A stretch of 64,000 bases of DNA from Octopus sinensis (lineage: Eukaryota). The notes beneath the pieces are model-generated. The model ran no database searches and was not told the origin of the DNA. It was given only the letters and a program-made list of their open reading frames with translations. A program made the translations under genes and the position numbers. Each line of letters begins with the position of its first letter. The first letter of the stretch is position 1. The stretch is from contig NC_043003.1 in NCBI RefSeq assembly GCF_006345805.1, positions 87,296,001 to 87,360,000 on the forward strand, written 5' to 3'. Below are positions 52,626-64,000 of the stretch, in pieces.

Positions 52626-53024
52626 GGATCTTTTCGGTTTTTTCTAGCGGTGTCATATGAAATTGTCACCCATAATTATGACCTTAGAATCGATCTATTG
52701 CATTTCAATCTCTTTTAGGGTTAGTGGTGGGAGAAGGGTATCTTTTTTTCTTCAGAAATGTAAATAAACCAAATCTGTTTCTTAAACGAGGGACATATTC
52801 ATATGGCACAGAATGTTGTTTACCTCAATGGACGTCATTGATTGGTTGAAATTGCAGAAATTGAAGAAAAAAAGACAACAAATATCTTACAAACTATAGA
52901 ATGTTCTCAATAAAACCAAGAGAAAAAGATATTTTATAAACACATTCTACCAGTATACGAAGTTTAAAATTTTTTAGTTACCTAGAAATTATGTTAAAAA
53001 CTGCCGTTTAAACCGAAAAGATCC
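52626..53024. mobile_element. Merlin-like MITE, copy 2
   Basis: Same TIR (left arm partly deleted); TSD GAATTTTT. Confidence 0.83.
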
Positions 53025-53652
53025 GAATTTTTCAGATGTTTTACCTCACATTTTTTTTCAGTATTTACATCTATACACATTTCAGTTTGTTTGAACTTTG
53101 TCTGGTGTCAGTTGGATCAGAACATTTTAAACCTTATTTTAGAAATAAAGGCTCCTTGTTCAAACCTAGTTGCTGTTAATATATGCATAAATAAAATGTT
53201 CTGACGATCTGCAATAAAACTTGTTGAAACACATGTTGACACTGAAAAGTCATTTCACTTTTAAAAGCTTTCAAATTCTATCTTAAGTGTATTCTGTCAT
53301 AAGTCCTTTATATTGATTATTGACTTGGCTCCCTTTTTTTAATTTTGTTATTGATTCATCATAGTCGTCGTCGTCATTTAACGTCCGTTTTCCATGCTAG
53401 CATGGGTTGGATGGTTCAACCGGGATCTGGGAAGCCAGAAGGCTGCACCAGGCTCCAGTCTGATCTGGCAGTGTTTCTACAGCTGGATGCCCTTCCTAAC
53501 GCCAACCACTGCGTGAGTGTAGTGGGTGCCTTTTACATGCCACTGGCACAGGTGCCAGGCGAGGCTGGCAACGGCCATGATTGGATTGGTGCTTTTTATG
53601 TGCCACCAGCACAGGGATCACAACTGCAATTTCCATTGATTTTTGATGTTGA

Positions 53653-53817
<165 letters not shown>

Positions 53818-54822
53818 TGAATAATTTACGAAGATATTTATATGTATATTGATTAAGTGAAATATTTATTTCGCCCACCCACTTCTGCCAATTTATAACT
53901 ATGGATTACTCCTCTAAAATTTACAAACCTAAACTTTGCTACAGCCAATTTATCAAAGGAAAAGGGCATAACTTCATACTGCTATTTATCAGAGTTCTAA
54001 AAAAAAAAGAAAAAAAAAAGCATTGAAACAATATTCTTTCAAGGTTCTTCTTGCCTGAAACATCACCACCAAAAATATTATTGTCGTTTTAAAGTCTACT
54101 TTTCCAGACATCCACTGAAAGAAGCCCGTCATATATATGTATATATATATATGTATGTGCGTGTTTGTGTGTCTGTGTTTGTCCCCCCAACATCGCTTGA
54201 CAACCGATGCTGGTGTGTTTACGTCCCCATAACTTAGCAGTTCGGCAAAAAAGAGACCAATAAAATAAGTACTAGGCTTACAAAGAATAAGTCCTGGGGT
54301 CGATTTGATCGACTAAAGGCGGTGCTCCAGCATGGCCACAGTCACATGACTGAAACAAGTAAAAGAGAAAGAGACACACCCAAATTGTGGTGTTATTTTC
54401 AGTCCTCCATAGAAACTTGTCCAAGTGGGGACATATTAACTTGCTTAGAAATAAGTGGGGGTTGATGACATGATGATGATGGTGGTGGTGCTGATGGCAA
54501 CTATAATTTGTATGATATATGTAAACTGGCTAATAAATCTGTCATTTTTAATGCACCACACAATAAAATGCACTTGGTTCTCTCTGTCTGGAGTTTGATA
54601 AAATAAAAAAAATTGAAACAACATAGAGCAGAGAAGACTCTAGTCTTTTCTGAAAACAAAGGATATCAAATCATAAAATCCACACGAAAAATATCATGGA
54701 GTGAAATTTGATCCCTAGTCCCCTCTAAGAAAAGAAGATAGTAACTCCAAATAAAAACCAACCATGACAACCCATCCAACTTATGACAACATCCAAGAAC
54801 AGTCATAAAATGATGATGATGA

Positions 54823-55457
<635 letters not shown>

Positions 55458-55917
55458 AAATATTTAATGCAAAATATGGGTTTATTTCATTTATAACTGA
55501 AACTATAGATCTGCTTCCTAATGTTACACCAATAAACTAGGTTTATCTATGGTGGTCTGTACATGCATCAGGTCTATTTGCAGTGGCTTCATCTGCATGT
55601 AATGCTGACGAAAATGCATTGCTTCCTTTTAGATACCAAATTGCATTTTTACCTTTTGCAAAGAAAAGAGGTTTTACTTCTAGCATAACTTGATATTTTT
55701 ATTGTTTTTTACTGTTAAAGAGATAAAATTGAGCTACAGATCTGCCTACATCAATTGTGTAATATTATCTCAATTAGTGACTTGACTTAAATTTTTTTTT
55801 TCAAATAAATTATAATACTTGAACAATAGTATAGTTTAATTTATGTAATGTAAAAAAGAGATGTTTGTTGATCTGTGTTGTTTAAAAGATGTGCTTCTAA
55901 TCTAGTGCAGTTTAGTT

Positions 55918-56374
55918 TGTAGTGACGCTACTGTGGAAGTTTCAGCCCGCATGCGCAGAATTGGATTACTTCCGGTAGGCCGCCGGAAGTTCCCTCATGC
56001 GCAGGAACTGCAATCTGAAAGCATACCCACTAAATTAGTCTTTTTGGAAGAGCAGCCCTAACGAGCGGACGTGGCTAAAACTTCTCTCAGGGAAAACCCT
56101 ACGCACAGAGAAGCTCTCTTTTCAAAGCAGGAATGAACACCGTATCTTCTTGGCTTACCCGAGTGAACATTTGTGTACAGTCCTGTGGATTTGGCTGCTG
56201 GTTCGCCCTTAAGAAATATATATGCATATATTTTACCTGTGAACCCGAAGAATAAAGTGTTATTTATTGTTATTGAAGACAGCCAGATTTTTGGTTCCTT
56301 TTCTTCAACTATTGTATGTGACAAGATAAGACCAGACACCCCTCAAGTGTTCCTGAAACTCTCATCTTGTTACA
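55918..56374 (+). mobile_element. Solo LTR (457 bp) in intron 13
   Basis: TGTAG...GTTACA termini, 4-bp TSD AGTT (55914-55917, 56375-56378), AATAAA at 56251. Confidence 0.72.
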
Positions 56375-56469
56375 AGTTGTACCTACTATAAAAGCAATGA
56401 TGTTTGCTGATCTCAATGATATTCAAAGGTTTTAACTGTCATTTCAATTTCTTGATTATTGTTTTCCAG

Positions 56470-56584
56470 GCTTACACCAGCCAATTTATTGCATTAGTTA
56501 TGTTTGGTTTGATGATGTGTGAAGACCGGATTTCAATGCAAGAACGAAGAAAAGAAATTATTCAAGGACTCAAACAACTTCCTG
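56470..56584 (+). CDS. GFPT: GFAT exon 14
   Basis: tccag|...|gtatgt; [38 protein letters not shown]. Confidence 0.97.
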
Positions 56585-56810
56585 GTATGTAAAAGAATAC
56601 CTTATAAATGAAAGTATTGAATAAAGATTCAGGTTAATTTAGTTTTATTTATGCTCTGCTAGGTGTTTCTAACCATTATAGTTCTATCTCATGAAAAATT
56701 ATGCAGAAGTGTCAATTAGATTGACATCTGTTTAATCAATATTTATTGAACTGTAAATCAATCAGTCATGTGCAATTAATCATTCCCCAGCTTTTTTTTC
56801 TCTCTTCCAG

Positions 56811-56938
56811 CGGATATAAAAGCAGTACTTAAATTAAATGATGAAATCCATTCATTAGCCCAAGAACTCTACCAGCAGAAATCTCTTCTTGTCATGGGAC
56901 GCGGTTACAATTTCTCTACTTGTTTGGAAGGAGCTTTG
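56811..56938 (+). CDS. GFPT: GFAT exon 15
   Basis: tccag|...|gtaaga; [43 protein letters not shown]. Confidence 0.97.
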
Positions 56939-57071
56939 GTAAGAGAAATTTTGTTAGCCATTATTGTACAGAATAACTATGAAAATATAATTTTATTATT
57001 AAATGTAATTAACTCAAATTACTTTTAAGCTGTTTTTCATTTTCATCATTTTTTTTTTTTTTTCTGTTTAG

Positions 57072-57254
<183 letters not shown>

Positions 57255-57640
57255 TGAACATCATGGAAAAACTTATTCTTTACATAGTGATAAAAAAGAC
57301 TGTGACACTCTGGAGTGGTTTGTTGTTGTCTTCATCGAACATCATAGGATTTCGATTCGGCTGTACGCATTAATAAGGCATTCGGTTGTATTGTACTCCC
57401 TTTTGTTAAGGGTAATAAGCACTACTTTTCCGTGGTATATATTTACTGTTATGTTGTGGGTTAAGATAATTAGTTAAATGGCTTAATCAGTGACATACTA
57501 CAACAGTGGTTTTAGAATCAAGCATGGATTCTTCAGCTGGTGTTTTTGAACTTGCCAGGCCCAAAAGTTCTCAGATATTATTAAAGTATGTACACCCTGT
57601 AGATACTAAAAACGTTGCCATTGATTTTATCATGTTAATG

Positions 57641-58731
57641 TAGCTTAAGCTCTTCCTAGGCTTAGTTTTATAAAGGTGTTTGAACATGTTTGATATCAAC
57701 TGTTTTGTTTCATTGTCAGTAATTTAGCTATGTAATTAGTATGAAGTAGAGTTAGCCGGGAGAGAAAACAGTATTGAATTCTATAATTTGTATTGAGCAG
57801 AGATACTTGGGAGAGGAAACAGCTGAAATGAAAGATTAGTATATCTTATGGAGTTCAGTGGGAACTGTGTCTTCTATTAAAGAGAATAAAGACTGGCTTC
57901 CGTGCCGGTGGCACATCAAAAGCACCATCCGATCGTGGCCGTTTGCCAGCCTTGTCTGGCCTCCATACCGGTGGCAAGTAAAAAGCACCATCCAATCGTG
58001 GCCGTTTGCCAGCCTCGTCTGGCACCTGTACCGGTGGCACGTAAAAAGCACCCACTACACTCATGGAGTGGTTGACGTTAGGAAGGGCATCCAGCCGTAG
58101 AAACATTGCCAGATCAGACTGGGCCTGGTGCAGCCTTCTGGCTTCCCAGACCCCTGTTGAACCGTCCAACCCATGCTAGCATGGAAAGCGGATGCTAAAT
58201 GATGATAATGATGATGATAGCTTAAGCTCCTCTTAGGCTTAGTTTTATAAAGGTGCTTGAACATGTTTAATATCAACTGTTTTGTTTCATTGTCAGTAAT
58301 TAAGCTATGTAATTAGTATGAAGTAGAGTTAGCTGGAAGAGAAAACAGTATTGAATTCTATAATTTATATGGAGCAGAGATACTTTGGAGAGGAAACAGC
58401 TGAAATGAAAGATCAGTATATCTTATGGAGTTCAGTGGGAACTGTGTCTTCTATTAAAGAAAATAAAGACTGGCTTCCATGCCGGTGGCACGTAAAAAAG
58501 CACCATCCGATCGTGGCCGTTTGCCAGCCTCGTCTGGCACCTGTGCAGGTGGCACGTAAAAAGCACCCACTACACTCACGGAGTGGTTGGCGTTAGGAAG
58601 GGCATCCAGCCGTAGAAACACTGCCAGATCAGACTGGGCCTGGCACAGCCTTCTGGCTTCCCAGACCCCAGTTGAACTGTCCAACCCATGCTTGCATGGA
58701 AAGTGGACATTAAACGATGATGATGATGATG
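57641..58731 (+). repeat. Tandem duplication (57641-58217, 58218-58731) in intron 16
   Basis: ~255 bp unique-looking segment plus RTE-like 3' end, repeated head to tail with scattered substitutions. Confidence 0.9.
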
Positions 58732-59127
58732 AACTTAACTTAGTTAACATTCACCACCATTACTAATTTATGGTCTTATGCTAATCATTGTGTTGTTGTC
58801 GTTGTTGTTTAGTCCCATGTACATACTGATGCAACAGGTCTGTGATCAAAGATATTCCATTTGCAGCACTTCCAAGATCACATTGTCCAATGTGTCTTCC
58901 TCCCTTTTAAGAGAGCCGGGTGTGATTTGATGGAGGTTTAGCTGCTACTTATAGCAGGTTGAGCAATCATGCAGAGCTATCTCATTGCCAATCATTAATT
59001 ACTTGACTGGTATAATTATTTTGCTCCTCCTTCCAACTCACTCTGCTTCTCTTGTTGGTGCTCCAGTCTACAAATGATAATTTTGTTTTTTAAATTTTAT
59101 TTTTGTACTTTTTTTTATTTATTTCAG

Positions 59128-59166
59128 AAATGCATGAACGCTCTACAGCAAGTAAAGGCACGACAT
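59128..59166 (+). CDS. GFPT: GFAT exon 17
   Basis: ttcag|...|gtaagt; KCMNALQQVKARH (39 nt). Confidence 0.95.
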
Positions 59167-59544
59167 GTAAGTAGTATGTCACCTCCTGGGTAGCATGTGT
59201 ATCTTTGTATATTTTGTTTTCAGTTACAGTTATAGAATAAGTGTCCTTGGTTGTTTCTGGTGAGCCAGTCACTGGATCACTATATTTCTGATGGCCAAAG
59301 TGACAGGGAGTATCTGTAATTCACTGTTAAACAAATATTTGAAGGGATTTCTCTTGATGGGCATGTTCTATGTGGTTTTTGTACCAATGAACATCAATGA
59401 AAGATTACATACAATATATACATGTATGTGTTTCTCTAATGTCCTGCAGTATTTGTTCTAGTTTTTTGCATTCTGAGTTCAAATCCTACTGAAGTCAAGT
59501 ACTAGGGTGATTTAATCAACTAAACCTCTCACCCCAAAATTCCA

Positions 59545-60205
59545 GGAAGAAGGTGGCAAGCTGGAAAAATCGTTAGCGTGCCGGATGAAATGCTTAGCAA
59601 TATTTTGCCTGTCACTACATTCTGAGTTTAAATTCCACTGAGGTTGACTTTACCTTTTATCTTTTCAGGGTCGATAAAACTGGTAACTGTAATCAACTCA
59701 TTCCTTCCCCCAAAATTGCTGTCCTTGTGGCAAATTTGAAACCATTGTTATTATTATTATGAAGTCAAATTCCACTGAGGTCGACTTTGCCTTTCATCCT
59801 TTCGGGGTCGATAAATTAAGTACCAGTGAAACACTGGGGTCAATGTAATCGACTAGTCCCATCCCCCAAAATTTCAGGCCTTCTGCCTATAGCAGAAAGG
59901 TTTATTATTAAGGTGGCCAGCTGACAGAATTGTTAACATGCTTGGCGAAATGCTTAGCGGTATTTTGTCTGTCTTCATGTTCTGAGTTCAAATTTTGCTG
60001 AAGTCAACTTAGCTTTCATCCTTTTAGGGTCAATAAATTAAGTACCAGTAGAACACTGGGGTTGATGTAATTGACTAGTCCCCTCCCCCAAAATTTCAGG
60101 TCTGTGTCTTTAGTAGAAAGGATTATTATTATGAAGGTAATGAGCTAGTAGAATTGTTAATATGCTGGACAAAATGCTTGACAACATTCGTCTGTCTTCA
60201 TGTTC
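59545..60205 (+). mobile_element. Head-to-tail cluster of ~4 SINE family B copies
   Basis: Repeated gagttcaaattcc...gtcgataaattaagtaccag cores separated by (ATT)n. Confidence 0.72.
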
Positions 60206-60415
60206 TGAGTCTGTGCCAGGGCCTTCGCAGATTTTCCTATACTAAAGTCAGATAGAGATAGACAACTGACAGTAATATATTTTCTTCACTGCTTTGCTGT
60301 AACATTTTCTGTAAGCTTTTGTTTTGTTTTTTTTTCTTTGTTTTAATTTATTTTATATTATGTAAAATGTAAATGTTATTTCATTTTCTAAATTTTTTTA
60401 TTTTGCATTTTCTAG

Positions 60416-60577
60416 GGTGATTTGATTGTTATTTGCAACAGTGGTGACACAGAAACCCAAAGTCATGTGAAGAGGTTCATTGCTGTACCACATACAATCG
60501 ACTGCTTACAAGGAATTCTTACTATAATTCCTTTACAGCTTCTTTCCTTACATATCGCTGAAAAACGTAACTGTGAT
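60416..60577 (+). CDS. GFPT: GFAT exon 18 (penultimate; terminal exon not found in window)
   Basis: tctag|...|gtaagc; GDLIVICNSGDTETQSHVKRFIAVPHTIDCLQGILTIIPLQLLSLHIAEKRNCD. Confidence 0.95.
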
Positions 60578-63442
60578 GTAAGCCAACAATATTTTCTTTT
60601 TAGATTCTGTTATTTTTTTTATTCAGCACGAACTGTGATATAATCTAATAATATTTTAATGTTTCTAATTTTTTTTAGCTTGCTCCATATAATTTAATAT
60701 ATCTAACACCTCTATAGCCAAGCTGTTAATAATTCAGTTTTGGTGTACGGAAATGCAAACAAAAATTTATGAAATTTGAATTATAAGTCTTATCAGTGAG
60801 TCTTCCTGAGAAATGTCATTTGATCATTCATATACATTGGTTGTGATTCCTAGATCTTGCCTTCTACCATTTTTATTTGGGGCTACTAAAACAGGTTAAC
60901 AATTCTCACTTGCAATGTCTTTATATTCTTGACAAAATAGATCCTCAAAACTTCAAAATGTTGTGTAAAGAAAGCTGAAAGACATTAACCTGCGTTATTG
61001 TCAGGAATGTGCTGCACGCAAAACTGAAAACCCAGCTTTTATTTTATTTAAACTGGTAATATCCAGCCTAAGTATCTACCTGTTTTTGTGTTCAAACCAG
61101 TCATATTTGGCCACCCTCACCTACCTTATGATGTAATTTTAAAAATAGACAATCACGTCATCAAAATCTCAAAGCTACAAAATAATACATGATTAATTGA
61201 AAGCATAAAGGATTATACTTTAAAGTTCTACTGGCAGTCTTTGACTTTTTCTAGGCAAAGGAATTTTTAACCCAATACTTACAGGCTATTATTGATAGTT
61301 TATCTGGCTCAAGATTCAACACTCCCAAAAAAACAAAAGAATGAGGACTCTGAAATAGATTTGTTCATGTGTGTGTGTGTGTGTAGTATTAGGTACAATT
61401 CATCATACAATTTACATGTTATTATTCAGTGTTAATGCATTATTGTATTAATGATGCATTAATCAACAAAAACATATAGAGTTTAGCTATACAAATTGTA
61501 TGAAACTAGTATGAATATGTTCTTATATATCATGATGCAGTTTGTTGGCTTTTCACTGATTAAATGTACACTTTCTTTGAAAGTTATAGGCATTTCTGCT
61601 GCTATCAGAGCATAAATTGTGATTTTATTCCAAGATGGTTTAGTACTATTGTCAAATTTGGAGTGTTCATTAATGCAGGTGGAGATTTCTTTGGAGTAAA
61701 TTGAGATATAGACAACTCAAGTTTTGTGAAGCAGTTTGAATTCTGAAGAGTTACCTATTGCAAGAATGGACCAAGCCATGGTTGGGCATGGGTATTTGTA
61801 TGCTGTTGATTTGGTATGGCTGATGGAGCATTTAGCCTGTTTCGGTGACAGTACTTTTTGGCACTGGTGGGAAACACACACACACACACTCTCATGCTAT
61901 GCAGAAATATACACATACAGATCAAGAGGAAGAGAAAGAGAGATTACAATTTATTAATTGAACACAACTGACCAAAGCATTTTCCGTTACCTCATACACA
62001 TAAAGACAAGTATGCTCGCACATATAAACAGAGAGAGAGAGTGTCAGGGGAGAGAAAAGGAGGGACATTAAAATATGAGATGTCCAAGAAGTCAACTTTG
62101 AATCAGTAATAATTGGCAGCACCAACATCTCAAATCCATTATCAGAGCAGTTAAGGAAACACCAGATTGCAATCTTTGTTGCTTTATAGGCTGTCTTACC
62201 TGAACTACAATGAACTAACTACATGGCCAAAGGACAAACTAAATTCAGCTGCCTGTTTGCTTACAGTCACTAAACCAAAGTTATCAAAGAACATATCAAA
62301 AATAGATTGATGTTTTTTCCAGCTGTATAAAACATAGCATTAGATCAGTGGCTATTCTGATGTTTATGTATGAGTCTATCCTTCCTCTGCATTGGCACAT
62401 TGTTGTTCATAGACTTCCAGATAAGCAGTTTGACTGCAAATAAACTGTCCACACAGTCCCTAATGTAAAAATAGGCACACAAGATGGTGATATGGAGACT
62501 AAAGGTGGTGCTCCAGCATGGCCGCAGTTAAATGACTGAAACAAATAAAAGAATAATAGTTGCTACTGGAAGATGTGGCTTATACTTTATACCTACAGGT
62601 TCTATCTAACACCTCTATAACCAAGCTGTTAACATTTCAGTTTTGGTGAACGGAAAGTTTTGGTGAAGTAACAGTTTATCTCAAAATTCTTCTGGGGAAT
62701 TTGCCATATTTCCATGCAATGAAAAGCCATAACTAGTTGAAGAATGGTGACACTCACGTACACTGGGCAAAAATACTGTCAAACTGTGGCTTCAGCAGGA
62801 ACAAGTTCAAGCTCGTTTTAGGCAAGAGCCTAGAAAATGCTCAAATTAAAAAAAATTGTATAGTTTATCAATTGCTTATCAGTAAAGCACAGCTATTGAA
62901 AGAATATGATTGATAGTTTTAAAGATCATGCATGATCTAAGGACTTTACTTGCATAAATGAAACTGTTTTCACAGAATACTGGAAATGAATGATACTGTT
63001 TGTATGATAGTGACACTCATCTACGACTGTCATGTAATGTCAAGACAAGGAGACATGCATGCACACACTGAGCTTCTTTCGGGTTTGTGTGTACCAATCC
63101 ACTCACAAGGTTTGGGTCAGTCCAGGGGCTTCAGCAGGTGACACTTGCCTAAGTGAGACTGAACCTGGAACAATGTGGCTGGGAAACCAACTTGTTAACT
63201 ACACAGCTACACCTGTACCTTGTTAGGATTTGAAATAACAAGCTTTCTAATGTTGCTCAGATTCTTTCTAATAGGTTAGCAATGTGATATGAATTTCTAG
63301 CCATTATTGGTTTGACAGCAAATTATTTGTAGTGAATATAAAACATTAATACTTAGAGTTTGTCATGTATAAGTAGCACTTCAACATATAACCAAATGAA
63401 AATTTCTGAGGGGATTTGCTTGTGAGATATTTAGGTCTTTAA

Positions 63443-63663
63443 CCCTTTCGTTACCAACCCGGCCAAAACCGGCTCTGGCTCTGTAGTACAAATGCCTTGT
63501 TTTCATAAGTTTTGCATTGAAATCTTCCACCAAACCTTAGTCGCAATTTATATACCTAACACTAGTTGAATGATAACTGAGTTATTTTACTAAATTCTTT
63601 GTTATATTTAAAATAATTGAAAGAAACACAGAGCATCTCAAAATAAATACAGTAACGAAAGGG
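63443..63663. mobile_element. piggyBac-like MITE, same family as 4745-4964
   Basis: TTAA|CCCTTTCGTTAC...GTAACGAAAGGG|TTAA; internal sequence closely similar to 4745-4964. Confidence 0.78.
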
Positions 63664-64000
63664 TTAATCTCAAACTCTGAGGTCAACTTTGCCTTTCGTA
63701 TTTTCGGGGTCGATAAAATAAGTATCAGTTGAACACTGGAGTCGATGTAACCATAAATGATTCTTCAAATTTGATGGAAATCCAAACTAAAATATTTGAA
63801 AACAGCACTTCTTCCTTTGTAAACATTTCAGTTGACTTAAAAATATAAAAAGGCTATGATTAATATGACAAAAATGTCTTGGACAATATTTCATTATTGA
63901 TATAACCCTCTCGACATATTTCCTCTTATTAGCTAACAAATATCATTTAAGACCATCCTCGTAAAGACATTCATCTCATTAAACTTTCTTGTTTGTGAAT

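Noticed and set aside
60700-62656. 55-bp direct repeat (60700-60753, 62603-62656), each after an AG-like site
   Set aside because: Translations are short and non-homologous; most likely TE debris
60578-64000. Terminal GFAT exon at acceptor-like sites (~60679, ~61679, ~62599) or intron read-through (ORF 60422..60643)
   Set aside because: None encodes the conserved VD.PRNLAKSVTVE with the catalytic Lys; the real exon is probably beyond the window

Overview
AT-rich, microsatellite- and TE-dense eukaryotic DNA. The repeat landscape suggests a coleoid cephalopod, probably Octopus (inference). One protein-coding gene dominates: a + strand glutamine:fructose-6-phosphate amidotransferase (GFAT/GFPT, hexosamine pathway). 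I hand-assembled 18 constitutive coding exons (11928..60577, 1992 nt, 664 codons). All have GT-AG boundaries and consistent phases, and they carry the motifs [32 protein letters not shown] and [15 protein letters not shown]. The last short exon (expected VD.PRNLAKSVTVE) was not found and probably lies beyond the window. The most notable signal is a frame-preserving 27-nt candidate microexon (38571..38597, GSAKDSDSP) in the intron that carries the vertebrate muscle-specific GFPT1 exon, with a downstream RBFOX motif. The rest is mobile DNA: a decayed Helitron PIF1 helicase split by a solo LTR, a full-length dead mariner, three 8-bp-TSD GG-ended (Merlin-like) MITEs, TTAA MITEs, non-autonomous Helitrons, CR1-, RTE- and HERO-like LINE remnants, several tRNA-SINE families, fold-back hairpins and a ~160-bp tandem array in intron 1. 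No CRISPR array, rRNA or genuine tRNA gene was seen. Coordinates were counted by hand; TE boundaries without TSDs are approximate.
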